From: an uncultured Bacteroidales bacterium
GTDB taxonomy: Bacteria; Bacteroidota; Bacteroidia; Bacteroidales; JALTDM01
Assembly: GCA_964421355.1 (NCBI GenBank)
Contig: CAYQWX010000001.1
Span: 60,673-124,672 of the forward strand
Length of the DNA: 64,000 bases
Reading direction: 5' to 3'
The translations under genes and the position numbers were made by a program. Below, one piece after another: positions 19,101 to 28,305 of the stretch. Every line of letters begins with the position of its first letter. Position 1 is the first letter of the stretch. Under the pieces are notes generated by a model. The model searched no databases and was not told where the DNA came from. It worked only from the letters and a program-made list of their open reading frames with translations.

Positions 19101-19598
19101 TGCATAATATTTTAATTTACTTATACTGAAATCTCCATATATGTTTACATTCATAAATGGAAATTCGGATATGTCTATGTCTTTTACCGTAGGGTCATGT
19201 GGTAAGTCATCGGGGAGGTCGGCTTTGGCTTTGTCCACAGCATCTTTTACATCTTGGAGGGCTTTATCGGTATTTACATCGAAGTCAAACTCTATTGTGA
19301 TAAAAGACATATCTTGCATTGATGTGGAATAAATGTTTTTTATGCCTTTTATTCCATCAAGTTCTTGTTCTATTGGTTTGGTTACAAGGTTTTCTATATC
19401 TATTGGAGAGTTACCTGGATATACTGTTTGTACCATTATGTATGGCATATTTACTTCGGGAAACAACTCTTTAGGCATATTTTCATATGCTACTAAGCCA
19501 AAACCTATTATTATGATAGCGAGTATGTATATGGAAGTTTTGTTTCGTAGTGCTAAATTTGTTAGCCCAAAACTTCTTTTAACTTTGTTTTCTTCCAT
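16200..19598 (-). CDS. RND efflux transporter permease (AcrB/HAE1-like)
   Basis: 1132 aa with duplicated 6-TM plus large-loop architecture. Motifs ALGMLVDNSIVVVENI and GIVVNNAIVLIDY. Confidence 0.9.
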   Translation of the reverse strand: MEENKVKRSFGLTNLALRNKTSIYILAIIIIGFGLVAYENMPKELFPEVNMPYIMVQTVYPGNSPIDIENLVTKPIEQELDGIKGIKNIYSTSMQDMSFITIEFDFDVNTDKALQDVKDAVDKAKADLPDDLPHDPTVKDIDISEFPFMNVNIYGDFSISKLKYYADKLKDKFEEIPEVSKVTITGINEKEIQINVDPTLMEQMNITFRDIENAVKNENVNMSAGDIKTKDLQISIRVDAEFKNIDQIKNIIIKHERGNIVYLRDIAKVKETYADPNSLTRLNGKPVISLQLVKKSGENLLNATQKAYDILNVAKANNIIPQNLHIVITNDQSDLIKKQLSNLENSMIMSIFFVVLVLFLFLGMRNALFVGTAIPLSMFLSIIILSLMHYKINMVVLFGLILALGMLVDNSIVVVENIYRLFKERNMPLKEAAKTGAGEVAVAIISSTATTLAAFFPLLFWNSVMGQFMKYLPIVLIIVLSSSLFVALVIVPVFSETFLKKEEKSIPRKKQLILMASFLALSIPFYIASSYTIANILATISIFFLLNILFFEKLGLWFKDIFLAKLEYWYEATINWSLKGKNPYIVLLITILLLVVAQVLMKVREPRKVFWSQSDPNYINIKYEVPIGHNIYYTNNFSKALEKKINKILSPHKDIVKSILVNVGQGAKTRGKLGSAPSVTGPNHGLITITFIDYEFRHGVSTSKIMKQISDSLTDKYPGTYFEVTQDEKGPPMKAAVAIEISGEDYNKLMNIADSMKTIIKGANITGLEGLKVDLVTGKPEMLVIVDREKARRFGLSTLQIAASLRTALFGKEVSKYKIGDDEYSIELRFDKKYRNNLDNLMNQKIIFRNKRGKLMSIPISSVASLKYNTSYDGIRHKNTDRTITLSANVKKGYNENEINNQIKELLKDFKTPSGYSFKFAGKEEDQAKTMAFMTRALFIALSLIMLILITQFNSVVKPFIILISVVFSTIGVFMGIALSKMDFVVVMGGIGIVSLAGIVVNNAIVLIDYIDLLKKRRRAELGMEEDAFLPLEEATKCIIEGGKTRLRPVLLTAITTIFGLLPMAIGVNIDFAGLYSNFNPHFFTGGDMASIWSPLAWTVVFGLTFSTFLTLIVVPAMYRIATHLEKIIRKL

Positions 19599-19607
19599 AG
19601 TTTTGTG

Positions 19608-20660
19608 TTATTTTATTATTTTTATTTCCACATTATTTGCTACTTCATTGTATCCTTCGCTTATTAGCAAATCACCAAAATTTAATCCTGATAATACTTC
19701 TGTTTTTCCTTTGTAATTTAGTCCTGTTGTTATATATGTTTTTTTAGCGAACCATTTGTTTCCTTTTCTATATGCTGTGAAAACAAATTCTTTGTCAAAA
19801 TCTTTTTGTACTACAATGGTTGGAATAACAATTACGGAGTTATTAGAATAATCTTTTATTTTGAGACTTGCTACCATATTAGGTTTTATTTGGTTGTCTT
19901 TTGTGTTTTTTAGGCGAAGTTCTATTTGGAAGGTTCTATTGTTTGGATTTATTATGTTTCCTATCCTGAATATTGGAATATTCATTTTGTCAAGTGATAG
20001 GCTTTCAAAGTTTACTTGTACGCTGTCTCCTTTGTGAATTTTGGATATATATTTTTCGGATAAATCTGCTATTATTTTTAAGTTTTTGAGATTTACAAGT
20101 TGCATAAGTTGACGTCCAGGGGCTGCAATTTCTCCTACTTTGATTTGTATATTTTCTGCTATTCCGCTGAATGGTGCTGTTACGGCAGTGAAAGATAATT
20201 GTTTGTTTAGTACTGCTAAACGCTTTTGTAAAGCCTCTACTTGTGTTTTAGCTTGTAAATATGCTATTTCACTTATTATTTTTTGGTCATATAGTTGTTT
20301 TTGTTTTTCGTATGTTATTTTAGCCAAATCTAATTGTGCTTGCAATTCGGCTATATTATTTTTAATAATGTCGTCATTTAGTTTTACTAATGTTTGACCT
20401 TTGGTTACATGATCTCCGTCATTTACTAATACCTCGGCTACTTGTCCGCTTGCTTGTGGCGAAATAATGGCAAAATCTATTGCATCTACAGTGCCTGATG
20501 TTTCTATAAAATGATTAAATACTTGTGGTTTTAGCTTTGTTGTTTTTACTGCTATTTGGTTTTGTTGCGTGTCGTTTTGTGTTGTATTATTCCTCTTTTT
20601 TGATGTGCAACCAAATAAAATTACACTTATTGCTACCAGTGTTAAAAATATGTTTTTCAT
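19608..20660 (-). CDS. RND efflux periplasmic adaptor (membrane fusion protein)
   Basis: Lipoprotein-type signal (GCTS), coiled-coil hairpin and beta-barrel pattern. Located directly upstream of the RND gene. Confidence 0.85.
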   Translation of the reverse strand: MKNIFLTLVAISVILFGCTSKKRNNTTQNDTQQNQIAVKTTKLKPQVFNHFIETSGTVDAIDFAIISPQASGQVAEVLVNDGDHVTKGQTLVKLNDDIIKNNIAELQAQLDLAKITYEKQKQLYDQKIISEIAYLQAKTQVEALQKRLAVLNKQLSFTAVTAPFSGIAENIQIKVGEIAAPGRQLMQLVNLKNLKIIADLSEKYISKIHKGDSVQVNFESLSLDKMNIPIFRIGNIINPNNRTFQIELRLKNTKDNQIKPNMVASLKIKDYSNNSVIVIPTIVVQKDFDKEFVFTAYRKGNKWFAKKTYITTGLNYKGKTEVLSGLNFGDLLISEGYNEVANNVEIKIIK

Positions 20661-20676
20661 AATTATTTACTGTTTA

Positions 20677-22032
20677 TTATTTATAAAATAATTTTTCTAA
20701 TTCGTTTTTTGCGTTCCAATATTCCAATATTGACTGATAATATTGTTGTAATGTGCTGAAATATTGTATTTGTGCTTGAGTTAAATCCATGCTGCTTGCC
20801 ATACCTTTAAGGTATTTTTCTTTTGTGTTTTTGTAGATGTATTCAGCAAGTTCTTTATTCTCTTTTTGTGTCTGATATTTTGAAATGGCATTTTGCAAGT
20901 TTACTTTTGCTTGTAATATTTTTAGTTGCAGACTTTGTTCTAATTGCCACTTTTGATTTTTTGTTTCTTCCAAGTCTATTTTTGCTTGGGCAATTCTTGC
21001 CATTTTTTGTCCACTTCCAAATATTGGTACATTTATATTAAATCCGACTATATTTGCTTTATACCATTTACCATCGCTGTCAAACCATTTTATTTCATCG
21101 CCCATCATGCTTTCTTGGTGATTGTAAAAAGCTGATATAACAGGAAGTAATGTTGCTTTTTCATTTTTAAGCGAAAGTTCTTTTAACCGTTCTTGTGTAT
21201 TTATCATTTGATATTCTATTGTTTGGTCGGGGGTTATTGCAGTGGTTATAAGGTTTTGAGCATTAGATATTTCTTCGTTAAATTTGTCAAGATGGTCGGT
21301 AAGAATTATTTTTGAACTTAGGTTTATTCCGATTTGAAATTTTAACAGGTTTTTTGCCACTTCTGTTTGTCTTTGTAATGTTTGGCGTGCTACTTCTACA
21401 TTTTTGAAGTTTAACTTCATTTGTTTAAGGGTTGCTTCTTCTATAAATCCTGCATCGAACATTTTTTTTGTGTCGTCATACAGTTTTTTTACAAACACAT
21501 AATTGCTATCTATTATTTTTAAGTTTTCTTGTGTGATAAGCACGAGGAAATAAGTTTGTGCTACGGAATATTTTATGTCTCTTTGGGTTTGTTTTAATTT
21601 TGTTTCAGTAAGTTTTTTCAATACTCTGGTTGATTGTAAGCCTACGAGATATTGTCCGTTGAAGATGAGTTGGGATACTGATAATCCGACTTTTGTATTA
21701 TGTTCTGTTCCAAACCTCATTTCCATGTAAGTACCTGGGGGAGCTTGTGGATTAAATATTCGTGCAGGCAGTAATGTTACAGGTAAATCTATGTTGTAAT
21801 TATGTGATATAGAGCCGTTAACATGAGGCAGCCCGATTGCTGTGGTTTCCCATATTTTTTTCTTCATTTTAAGCACTTCCAATTGTGAGTTAAGTACTTG
21901 TTTGTTTCTTTGGAGTGCTAATGTTTGAGCTTGTTCCAATGATAGGTTATAAATGCTGTCTTGTTGTGTGGTTTGGGAAAATCCCCATACCCCAATATAT
22001 AAAAACAGTAATATGAAAAATGTTTTTTTCAT
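20677..22032 (-). CDS. TolC family outer membrane efflux protein
   Basis: 451 aa, signal peptide, two OEP-type repeats. Lies between tetR and the adaptor gene. Confidence 0.85.
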   Translation of the reverse strand: MKKTFFILLFLYIGVWGFSQTTQQDSIYNLSLEQAQTLALQRNKQVLNSQLEVLKMKKKIWETTAIGLPHVNGSISHNYNIDLPVTLLPARIFNPQAPPGTYMEMRFGTEHNTKVGLSVSQLIFNGQYLVGLQSTRVLKKLTETKLKQTQRDIKYSVAQTYFLVLITQENLKIIDSNYVFVKKLYDDTKKMFDAGFIEEATLKQMKLNFKNVEVARQTLQRQTEVAKNLLKFQIGINLSSKIILTDHLDKFNEEISNAQNLITTAITPDQTIEYQMINTQERLKELSLKNEKATLLPVISAFYNHQESMMGDEIKWFDSDGKWYKANIVGFNINVPIFGSGQKMARIAQAKIDLEETKNQKWQLEQSLQLKILQAKVNLQNAISKYQTQKENKELAEYIYKNTKEKYLKGMASSMDLTQAQIQYFSTLQQYYQSILEYWNAKNELEKLFYK

Positions 22033-22634
22033 TGTTCAAAAAATTTAATTTGTTTTACAATTTCTCTTCCTTTATCATTTACTATTGCGTAAATGTGATA
22101 TTTAAACAATTGAGTAAAAATTTCTTTTACGGAATGTTTTCCACTGTTTAAATAGTTGTTTGTAATTAGTGCTTCAGATTTATAATAATGTATTTCTGCT
22201 ATTATATCAGGATTGATGTCTTGGCGGTATAATCCTTCTTCTTGTCCTTGTATGATGTTTGTTTTGATATTTGTTATAATGGCATTTTGTCTTCTTTCCC
22301 TTAATTTTTCATATATGGAAGGATAATATCTTTTTAAGTCATAAAATATATGTGGATTAAAATCTTTTAGATTTTCCAAGATAGCTTGATATATTATATA
22401 AAAGTATTCTATTGCGTTTGAAGCTTTTTCTAAAGTTTTTGTGTCTGGTTGATGAGGTGGAGTGAAATTTAGAAATATTTTGGATACCAAATCTGTTTTG
22501 TCGGATACATATTTGTATAATGTCTTTTTGGATATTCCCAAATGTCTTGCAATATCGTCCATTGTGAGACTTTTTATTCCATATCTGAAAAAAAGTTTAT
22601 AGACTGCCTGAAAGATTTCATTATCCGTTTTCAT
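22029..22634 (-). CDS. TetR/AcrR family transcriptional regulator
   Basis: N-terminal HTH FFRYGIKSLTMDDIARHLGISKKTLYKY. Its stop overlaps the tolC start (ATGA). Confidence 0.85.
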   Translation of the reverse strand: MKTDNEIFQAVYKLFFRYGIKSLTMDDIARHLGISKKTLYKYVSDKTDLVSKIFLNFTPPHQPDTKTLEKASNAIEYFYIIYQAILENLKDFNPHIFYDLKRYYPSIYEKLRERRQNAIITNIKTNIIQGQEEGLYRQDINPDIIAEIHYYKSEALITNNYLNSGKHSVKEIFTQLFKYHIYAIVNDKGREIVKQIKFFEQ

Positions 22635-22639
22635 AGTTG

Positions 22640-22647
22640 CAAAGATA
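22640..22647 (-). promoter_or_regulatory. -7 box (TATCTTTG on the minus strand) for the tetR efflux operon
   Basis: TAnnTTTG ending 5 nt before the ATG at 22634, which implies a very short leader or none. Confidence 0.4.
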
Positions 22648-22660
22648 ACACATATTTCAC

Positions 22661-22694
22661 ATAGGAAACATTTTTTATAAAAAATGTTTCCTAT
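22661..22694. promoter_or_regulatory. perfect 34-bp palindrome, candidate TetR operator
   Basis: ATAGGAAACATTTTTTA|TAAAAAATGTTTCCTAT (17+17, no mismatch), 14-47 nt upstream of the -7 box. Confidence 0.5.
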
Positions 22695-22699
22695 TTTTA

Positions 22700-22742
22700 A
22701 TAAAAAAACCTGTTCCTTATTATTTATTCATAAAGAACAGGT
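22700..22742 (-). terminator. intrinsic terminator after the 22765..23403 gene
   Basis: ACCTGTTC..GAACAGGT stem followed by TTTTTTT on the minus strand. Confidence 0.55.
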
Positions 22743-22764
22743 ATAATTTATAATTGAAAAGATA

Positions 22765-23403
22765 TTAATCTACATAATAATCAGTAGCCTTATGTTGGAA
22801 TTTAGAACGTGCTAATGATTTTCTTCCTATATATACTGCAACACAATCACCGTCAGGGTCAACTGTGTCAGGAATATATACATATATATATACTCTCATT
22901 GTTTTCTTTATTCTTTTTTCCCAGTATGGATTGTCAGCATTTTCGCTATCATAAATTAACTTTTCTTTTTGTACCCGTTTAACGTCCCATATTGTATCTG
23001 CTTCTACAGACATCTTATCTACTACTTGATTCCCATCATCATCCAGCAAAACATCTCCATATTCATCTGTTTTATATGTATATGTTGTATCATATTCTAT
23101 TTTTTTAATTTTCTTTACGGTTACTTTATATGGTTTTACTATTTTATAGTGAATGGTTCCGTAGTCTTTGTCCATGCAGGCAAATATGCGATATGCTTTA
23201 TTTGCATATAACACGGTTTTTACTACGGATGTGTCTCCTGGTAATAGATGGGCAAATACTGATTGTAATCTATAATCGTAATCATCGTAATAATCGACAC
23301 AATATTTCTTTTTGTCGCAGCGTTGTGCTTTTGCCTGTTTTACAATACCATTAAATGATGTAAATACAATTATTCCAAGTATGAATTTTGTTATATTTTT
23401 CAT
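22765..23403 (-). CDS. secreted hypothetical protein
   Basis: Signal peptide, Asp/Tyr/Lys-rich, no recognisable motif. Confidence 0.5.
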   Translation of the reverse strand: MKNITKFILGIIVFTSFNGIVKQAKAQRCDKKKYCVDYYDDYDYRLQSVFAHLLPGDTSVVKTVLYANKAYRIFACMDKDYGTIHYKIVKPYKVTVKKIKKIEYDTTYTYKTDEYGDVLLDDDGNQVVDKMSVEADTIWDVKRVQKEKLIYDSENADNPYWEKRIKKTMRVYIYVYIPDTVDPDGDCVAVYIGRKSLARSKFQHKATDYYVD

Positions 23404-23409
23404 TGTTCT

Positions 23410-24270
23410 TTAGTTTTTTGTCCAATAATTACGAATTGTTTGGATTTTTGATTTTATATTATCAAATTGTTCTTTGGTAATGTCTACTTCCACATTGTCT
23501 TGCATAGATACATAAATTGAGTGTAAATCTTCAAGTTGCGTTAAGATTTTTTTTATGTCCTCATTTTTATTAGATAATGATTTATAATAATCTATAAGGT
23601 TTTCTAATAAATAACCTTGGTCAATTATTTGAAAAACTATAGGATCATTTGCGTTAAATGAGGTTTCATTGTATGAATTTACGGCAATATACACACTTTC
23701 AATCCACCCACCAAATACAAGTAGTGGTAATAAATCTTCTTGTCCTTGTGCTCTCAGGTAATTTTGAGCCATTGTGTAAGAATCTATTGATATGTTATAC
23801 AGAGAATCACTATTTTCTAAATTTTTATTTATTCTTTCCATAGTCTTTTCATCAAATCCTTCAGTTAATCCCAATTCGTCTGCCAGTTTTTTTGCAGCTA
23901 CAAAGTAATCCATAGTTTTATTGCCCTTGTTGTACACTGTGCAGTATGCTACATCTGAGCTATAAGTACCAAGATTTATAGCTTTTTCGGTAGTTGTTAT
24001 GTATTTGTCTATGTTTTTAATTGAATTGAGTAAATCTGTTTGAAACTTGATGTTATTTTCGTATAAAAATGTGTACAATTCTATTGGAGATGGTAAATTG
24101 AAAATTTGTTTGGTTTTTGTTTCTTGCACTGTGTCTGTATTCACTGTTGTAGTAGTATTTGTTTGATTCCCTTCATTGTTAGAAGAATTATTACACGATG
24201 AATATAAAAGCATTCCTCCAAATCCTATTAAAAACAACAAAGCAAATCTGATTTTAAATATTATCTTCAT
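23410..24270 (-). CDS. hypothetical lipoprotein (helical)
   Basis: Signal peptide with lipobox-like ..YSSCNNSS. Sits 6 bp upstream of the next gene. Confidence 0.5.
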   Translation of the reverse strand: MKIIFKIRFALLFLIGFGGMLLYSSCNNSSNNEGNQTNTTTTVNTDTVQETKTKQIFNLPSPIELYTFLYENNIKFQTDLLNSIKNIDKYITTTEKAINLGTYSSDVAYCTVYNKGNKTMDYFVAAKKLADELGLTEGFDEKTMERINKNLENSDSLYNISIDSYTMAQNYLRAQGQEDLLPLLVFGGWIESVYIAVNSYNETSFNANDPIVFQIIDQGYLLENLIDYYKSLSNKNEDIKKILTQLEDLHSIYVSMQDNVEVDITKEQFDNIKSKIQTIRNYWTKN

Positions 24271-24299
24271 AATCTTTATTTTTTGTGAGTAAAAAAAAT

Positions 24300-24315
24300 T
24301 AACTTTGCAAAGTTA
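24300..24315. promoter_or_regulatory. palindrome TAACTTTGCAAAGTTA, two back-to-back -7 boxes for divergent genes
   Basis: TAACTTTG reads on both strands. It is 27 nt from the GTG at 24334 and 38 nt from the ATG at 24270. Confidence 0.5.
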
Positions 24316-24333
24316 GTTTAAAATTGTTTTACA

Positions 24334-26178
24334 GTGAAAAAAATTTATGTAATTATAAGTATATTTTTTTTAATTTCTGAAGTATGGGGACAAAGTATTC
24401 CGTTTAAAAGGTCTTATTTTAAGGGCAAGAAAGGTTTTTCTAAGGCATATCAGGAATTTTTGGATGGGATAGACGCTTATGAACAAAATGTATATTATGA
24501 GGCTATAGGAGACTTAGAAAAAGCTAATGAATTTAATCCTGATAATGCAGAAGTTAATTATATGCTCGGGGATTGTTATTTACATACTATCTATAAGGCA
24601 AAAGCATTAAAATATTTAAAGAAGGCGGAAGAATTGGATCCGGAAGTTGATAAAAAAATTTATTATAAATTAGGGTTAGCTTATCAATATAATTATAAGT
24701 TTAAGGAAGCGAAAAAAGAATATTATCATTTTAAAATATCTCTTCAACCTGAAGAATTGTATGTGTGGGACTCGGTAATTACAAAAAAGATGAACGAGTG
24801 TGATGTGGGATTGCTTCTTATGTCAAATCCTACTAACGGACTTGTGGTAAATGTGAAAAATGTAAACTCCGAATATTCTGATTATGCTGCCTTGGTAACA
24901 GGTGATGGAAAAGTTATGTATTTTACTTCAAGACGTAAAGGAACAACCGGTGGAGGAATGGATTATAATGATATGCAGTATTATGAAGATGTGTATTATT
25001 CTGTAAAAAAGAAATATAGATGGCAACAACCAATAAATGTGGGACCTCCAATAAATACAAAACGTCATGATGCCACAGTTGGTATATCTATTGACGGTCT
25101 AATATTATTTGTATATAGGGGAAATGTAAATAACGGAGATATTTTTTATTCTGTAATGAGAGATTCTACTTGGATGACTCCCAGACCTTTGCCTGATCCT
25201 ATAAACACAAAATATCATGAAAATTCTGCTTCGTTAGCTTATGATAATAGGACACTTTATTTTGTAAGTGATAGACCTGGAGGATATGGGGGAAAAGATA
25301 TTTATGTTACAGTAATGCAAGATGATAGTTCATGGAGTACTCCTGTGAATTTAGGTCCGACAATAAATACTCCATACAACGAGGACGGTGTATTTATTCA
25401 CCCTGATAACAGAACCCTTTATTTTAGTTCACAGGGACATAAAACAATGGGGGGGTATGATATATTTTTCTCTGTAAAAGATAAAGATGGCAAATGGACA
25501 GAGCCACAAAATTTAGGATATCCTATAAATACACCTGATGATGATGTGTTTTTCGTTACCGATGCTAGTGGAGAACAAGGTTATTATACTTCTGTGAGGA
25601 TAGATGGTTCGGGGATGAAAGATATTTTCCGTATAAATTTCCCTTCTACTGAAAATAGTCAGCAAACAAGTAAAATAACATTTTTACATGGTAAAGCATT
25701 AACTAAAGATTCGTTGCCTGTAAAAGCATATATATATTTGTATGACCTTAAAACAAATAAACATATTGGTACATATTTCACAAATGATAGGACAGGAGCT
25801 TTTGCTGTAAGTTTGCCGGATGGTCATTTGTATGGACTTTATTTTAAGCCGGAATTATATTTGCCGACTATTATAGAATTAGATAATAGTACTTCTCACA
25901 CTTTTAAAGATTCTACTATGAATATGATTCTTTCTGAAAAGGAATCCGATATTCCTATACACATTGTAAATAATGATAGCTTGGCGATAGAAAGTTTACC
26001 TTTAATGAATAATTTAGCTGATTATGTAAAGTTATATAGTTATAAGAAGTTCGAAGTATCTGGAACATCAAATAAGGTAAATGCGATAAAAGGGTTTTTT
26101 AGTAAGAAAGGAGTAACGAATGTGATTTATAAAGAGGATAATAATATTGGAAAAATAAAATTTAAGGTGGTAGAATAA
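24334..26178 (+). CDS. secreted TPR plus PD40 (TolB-like beta-propeller repeat) protein
   Basis: Signal peptide, N-terminal TPRs, and repeated motifs (YFTSRR, LYFVSDRPGGYGGKDIY, LYFSSQGH..GGYDIF). No clear OmpA C-terminal motif. Confidence 0.65.
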   Translation: MKKIYVIISIFFLISEVWGQSIPFKRSYFKGKKGFSKAYQEFLDGIDAYEQNVYYEAIGDLEKANEFNPDNAEVNYMLGDCYLHTIYKAKALKYLKKAEELDPEVDKKIYYKLGLAYQYNYKFKEAKKEYYHFKISLQPEELYVWDSVITKKMNECDVGLLLMSNPTNGLVVNVKNVNSEYSDYAALVTGDGKVMYFTSRRKGTTGGGMDYNDMQYYEDVYYSVKKKYRWQQPINVGPPINTKRHDATVGISIDGLILFVYRGNVNNGDIFYSVMRDSTWMTPRPLPDPINTKYHENSASLAYDNRTLYFVSDRPGGYGGKDIYVTVMQDDSSWSTPVNLGPTINTPYNEDGVFIHPDNRTLYFSSQGHKTMGGYDIFFSVKDKDGKWTEPQNLGYPINTPDDDVFFVTDASGEQGYYTSVRIDGSGMKDIFRINFPSTENSQQTSKITFLHGKALTKDSLPVKAYIYLYDLKTNKHIGTYFTNDRTGAFAVSLPDGHLYGLYFKPELYLPTIIELDNSTSHTFKDSTMNMILSEKESDIPIHIVNNDSLAIESLPLMNNLADYVKLYSYKKFEVSGTSNKVNAIKGFFSKKGVTNVIYKEDNNIGKIKFKVVE

Positions 26179-26867
26179 TGAACAAAGAAGAGAAGCAAGC
26201 TTTTCTTGAATATTTAATGCAGTTTATTACGGAAAGACGTAAGCAACTGTTTTATGAAGTAATGAATTACAGGACAAGGCATATCACTATTGTGCTGGAA
26301 GATATTTATCAGAGTCAAAATGCCAGTGCTGTATTGCGAACAGCAGAGATATATGGGATACAAGATATTCATATAATAGAAAACAGAAATCAGTATAAAA
26401 TAAATCGGGATGTAGTATTGGGGTCGTCTAAGTGGATAAATTTATATAAATACAACACTTTTGAAAATAATACTTTAGCTTGTTTTGAAAATTTGAGAGA
26501 AAAAGGATATAAAATTTATGCAACTACTCCCCACAGAGATGATGTTAATTTATATGATCTTAATCTAAATGATAAGATAGCATTAGTTTTTGGTAGTGAA
26601 TTGCCAGGATTGTCAAAAACTGCAATGGAAAATGCAGATGGTTTTGTAAAAATTCCTATGTATGGATTTACGGAGAGTTTTAATATATCGGTATCTGCAG
26701 CAATTTTTTTGTCACACTTGGTAGAAAGATTACATAAAATGGATATAAATTGGCAGTTGTCTGAAGATGAGAGGCTTAATATTTTAGTGCAGTGGGCAAA
26801 AAACAGTGTGAGGAAGCCTGAATTGTTGGAACGTGAATTTTATAAATTAGTGCTTAAAAAATATTAG
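26178..26867 (+). CDS. SpoU/TrmH family RNA 2'-O-methyltransferase
   Basis: Motifs NASAVLRTAEIYG, ALVFGSELPGLS and ESFNISVSAAI. The start overlaps the previous stop (TAATG). Confidence 0.75.
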   Translation: MNKEEKQAFLEYLMQFITERRKQLFYEVMNYRTRHITIVLEDIYQSQNASAVLRTAEIYGIQDIHIIENRNQYKINRDVVLGSSKWINLYKYNTFENNTLACFENLREKGYKIYATTPHRDDVNLYDLNLNDKIALVFGSELPGLSKTAMENADGFVKIPMYGFTESFNISVSAAIFLSHLVERLHKMDINWQLSEDERLNILVQWAKNSVRKPELLEREFYKLVLKKY

Positions 26868-26871
26868 TAAT

Positions 26872-27348
26872 ATGAAATTACAAGATATAAATATAAAGGT
26901 AGAAGTATATAACCAAATAAGCGAGTTGTCGGAAGACGAACAAAATTTGTGTGCAAAAGCAAAAGAAGCAGCAAAAAGTGCTTATGCCAAATATTCACAT
27001 TTTAATGTGGGAGCGGCAGTATTGCTTAAAAACGGAGAAATAATTACAGGTAATAATCAGGAGAATAATGCATTCCCATCAGGATTATGTGCTGAGAGAG
27101 TTGCATTGTTTTATGCAAATGCAAAATATCCAGATGTCCCGGTATTAAAATTGGCTATTGTTGCAATATATAATGATGATATTGTAAAAGACCCTACCGC
27201 TCCATGTGGGGCTTGTAGGCAAGTAATGCTGGAAACGGAAACGCGCTTTAATTCTCCAATACGGACTATCTTGGTAGGAAAAAATAAAATCATTGCTATT
27301 AATGATGTAAAATCATTATTGCCTCTTTCTTTTAGTTTTGATTTTTAG
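26872..27348 (+). CDS. cdd: cytidine deaminase
   Basis: Zinc motifs CAERVAL and PCGACRQV; 158 aa. Confidence 0.85.
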   Translation: MKLQDINIKVEVYNQISELSEDEQNLCAKAKEAAKSAYAKYSHFNVGAAVLLKNGEIITGNNQENNAFPSGLCAERVALFYANAKYPDVPVLKLAIVAIYNDDIVKDPTAPCGACRQVMLETETRFNSPIRTILVGKNKIIAINDVKSLLPLSFSFDF

Positions 27349-27390
27349 ATTTTTTTGTAATTTTATATTATATATTCCGTTATAATAACT

Positions 27391-28305
27391 ATGAAAAATT
27401 ATTTCTTCATCCTTTTTCTTTTCTTAAATTTATTTTCCCAAAGCATTTATGCTCAAAAGAATTATGAAACAATAATTAAAGATACAGAAGACAGTTTAAC
27501 AATATTATTTGACTCCCTTTATAGGAAACAAGGTCCGCGTTATTGTGCAGTAGATAAAGAAAAACAACAGTTAAATAAACATATTGTTAAACTTTTTTCT
27601 ACAATAATGAGTTATAAAGAAACTATGGAGTATCCATTTTCACAATTACCTTATGTATCTATACAAACCTCCAAAGATAAAAAAGTAAGATTATATGTGT
27701 GGGATACCAGGAATGATGATTATACTCATACATACAGGGGCTTTGTTCAATATTATTTGTCTCGTAAAAAAAAAGTGGTGTGGAAATACTTAAATGACTA
27801 TAGCGATTCTATTTCAAATCCACAATCAATGCGGTTAGATAATAAACATTGGTATGGTAATTTGATTTATGAAATAGTGGAAGAAAAATACCATAGAAAA
27901 AAATACTATACTCTAATTGGTTGGGACGAAAACAATTTACTTACTTCTAAAAAAATAATAGATGTGCTTTATTTTTCGTCAAGTGGTCGCCCTCATTTTG
28001 GTAGAAGAATGTTTGTGGTAGGAAGAAAAAAATATTTTCGTCTTATTTATGAGTATTCGGCAAAAGTTGCAATGGTTGTTCATTATGATAAGAGATATGA
28101 TATGATTGTGATGGATCATTTGTCACCTCCTCAAAAACTATATACCGGACTTTATCAATTTTATGGCCCTGACGGAAGTTATGACGGACTTGTATTTAAA
28201 AAAGGTAAATGGCATTTAGTGCCAAATATAAAAGTAGTAAATAAAAAACGAAAAGGGATAAAGGAAAATGCTACAGGGAAACCTCCTTTGCCTAAAATTA
28301 AATAG
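27391..28305 (+). CDS. secreted hypothetical protein
   Basis: Signal peptide, no recognisable motif. Confidence 0.5.
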   Translation: MKNYFFILFLFLNLFSQSIYAQKNYETIIKDTEDSLTILFDSLYRKQGPRYCAVDKEKQQLNKHIVKLFSTIMSYKETMEYPFSQLPYVSIQTSKDKKVRLYVWDTRNDDYTHTYRGFVQYYLSRKKKVVWKYLNDYSDSISNPQSMRLDNKHWYGNLIYEIVEEKYHRKKYYTLIGWDENNLLTSKKIIDVLYFSSSGRPHFGRRMFVVGRKKYFRLIYEYSAKVAMVVHYDKRYDMIVMDHLSPPQKLYTGLYQFYGPDGSYDGLVFKKGKWHLVPNIKVVNKKRKGIKENATGKPPLPKIK

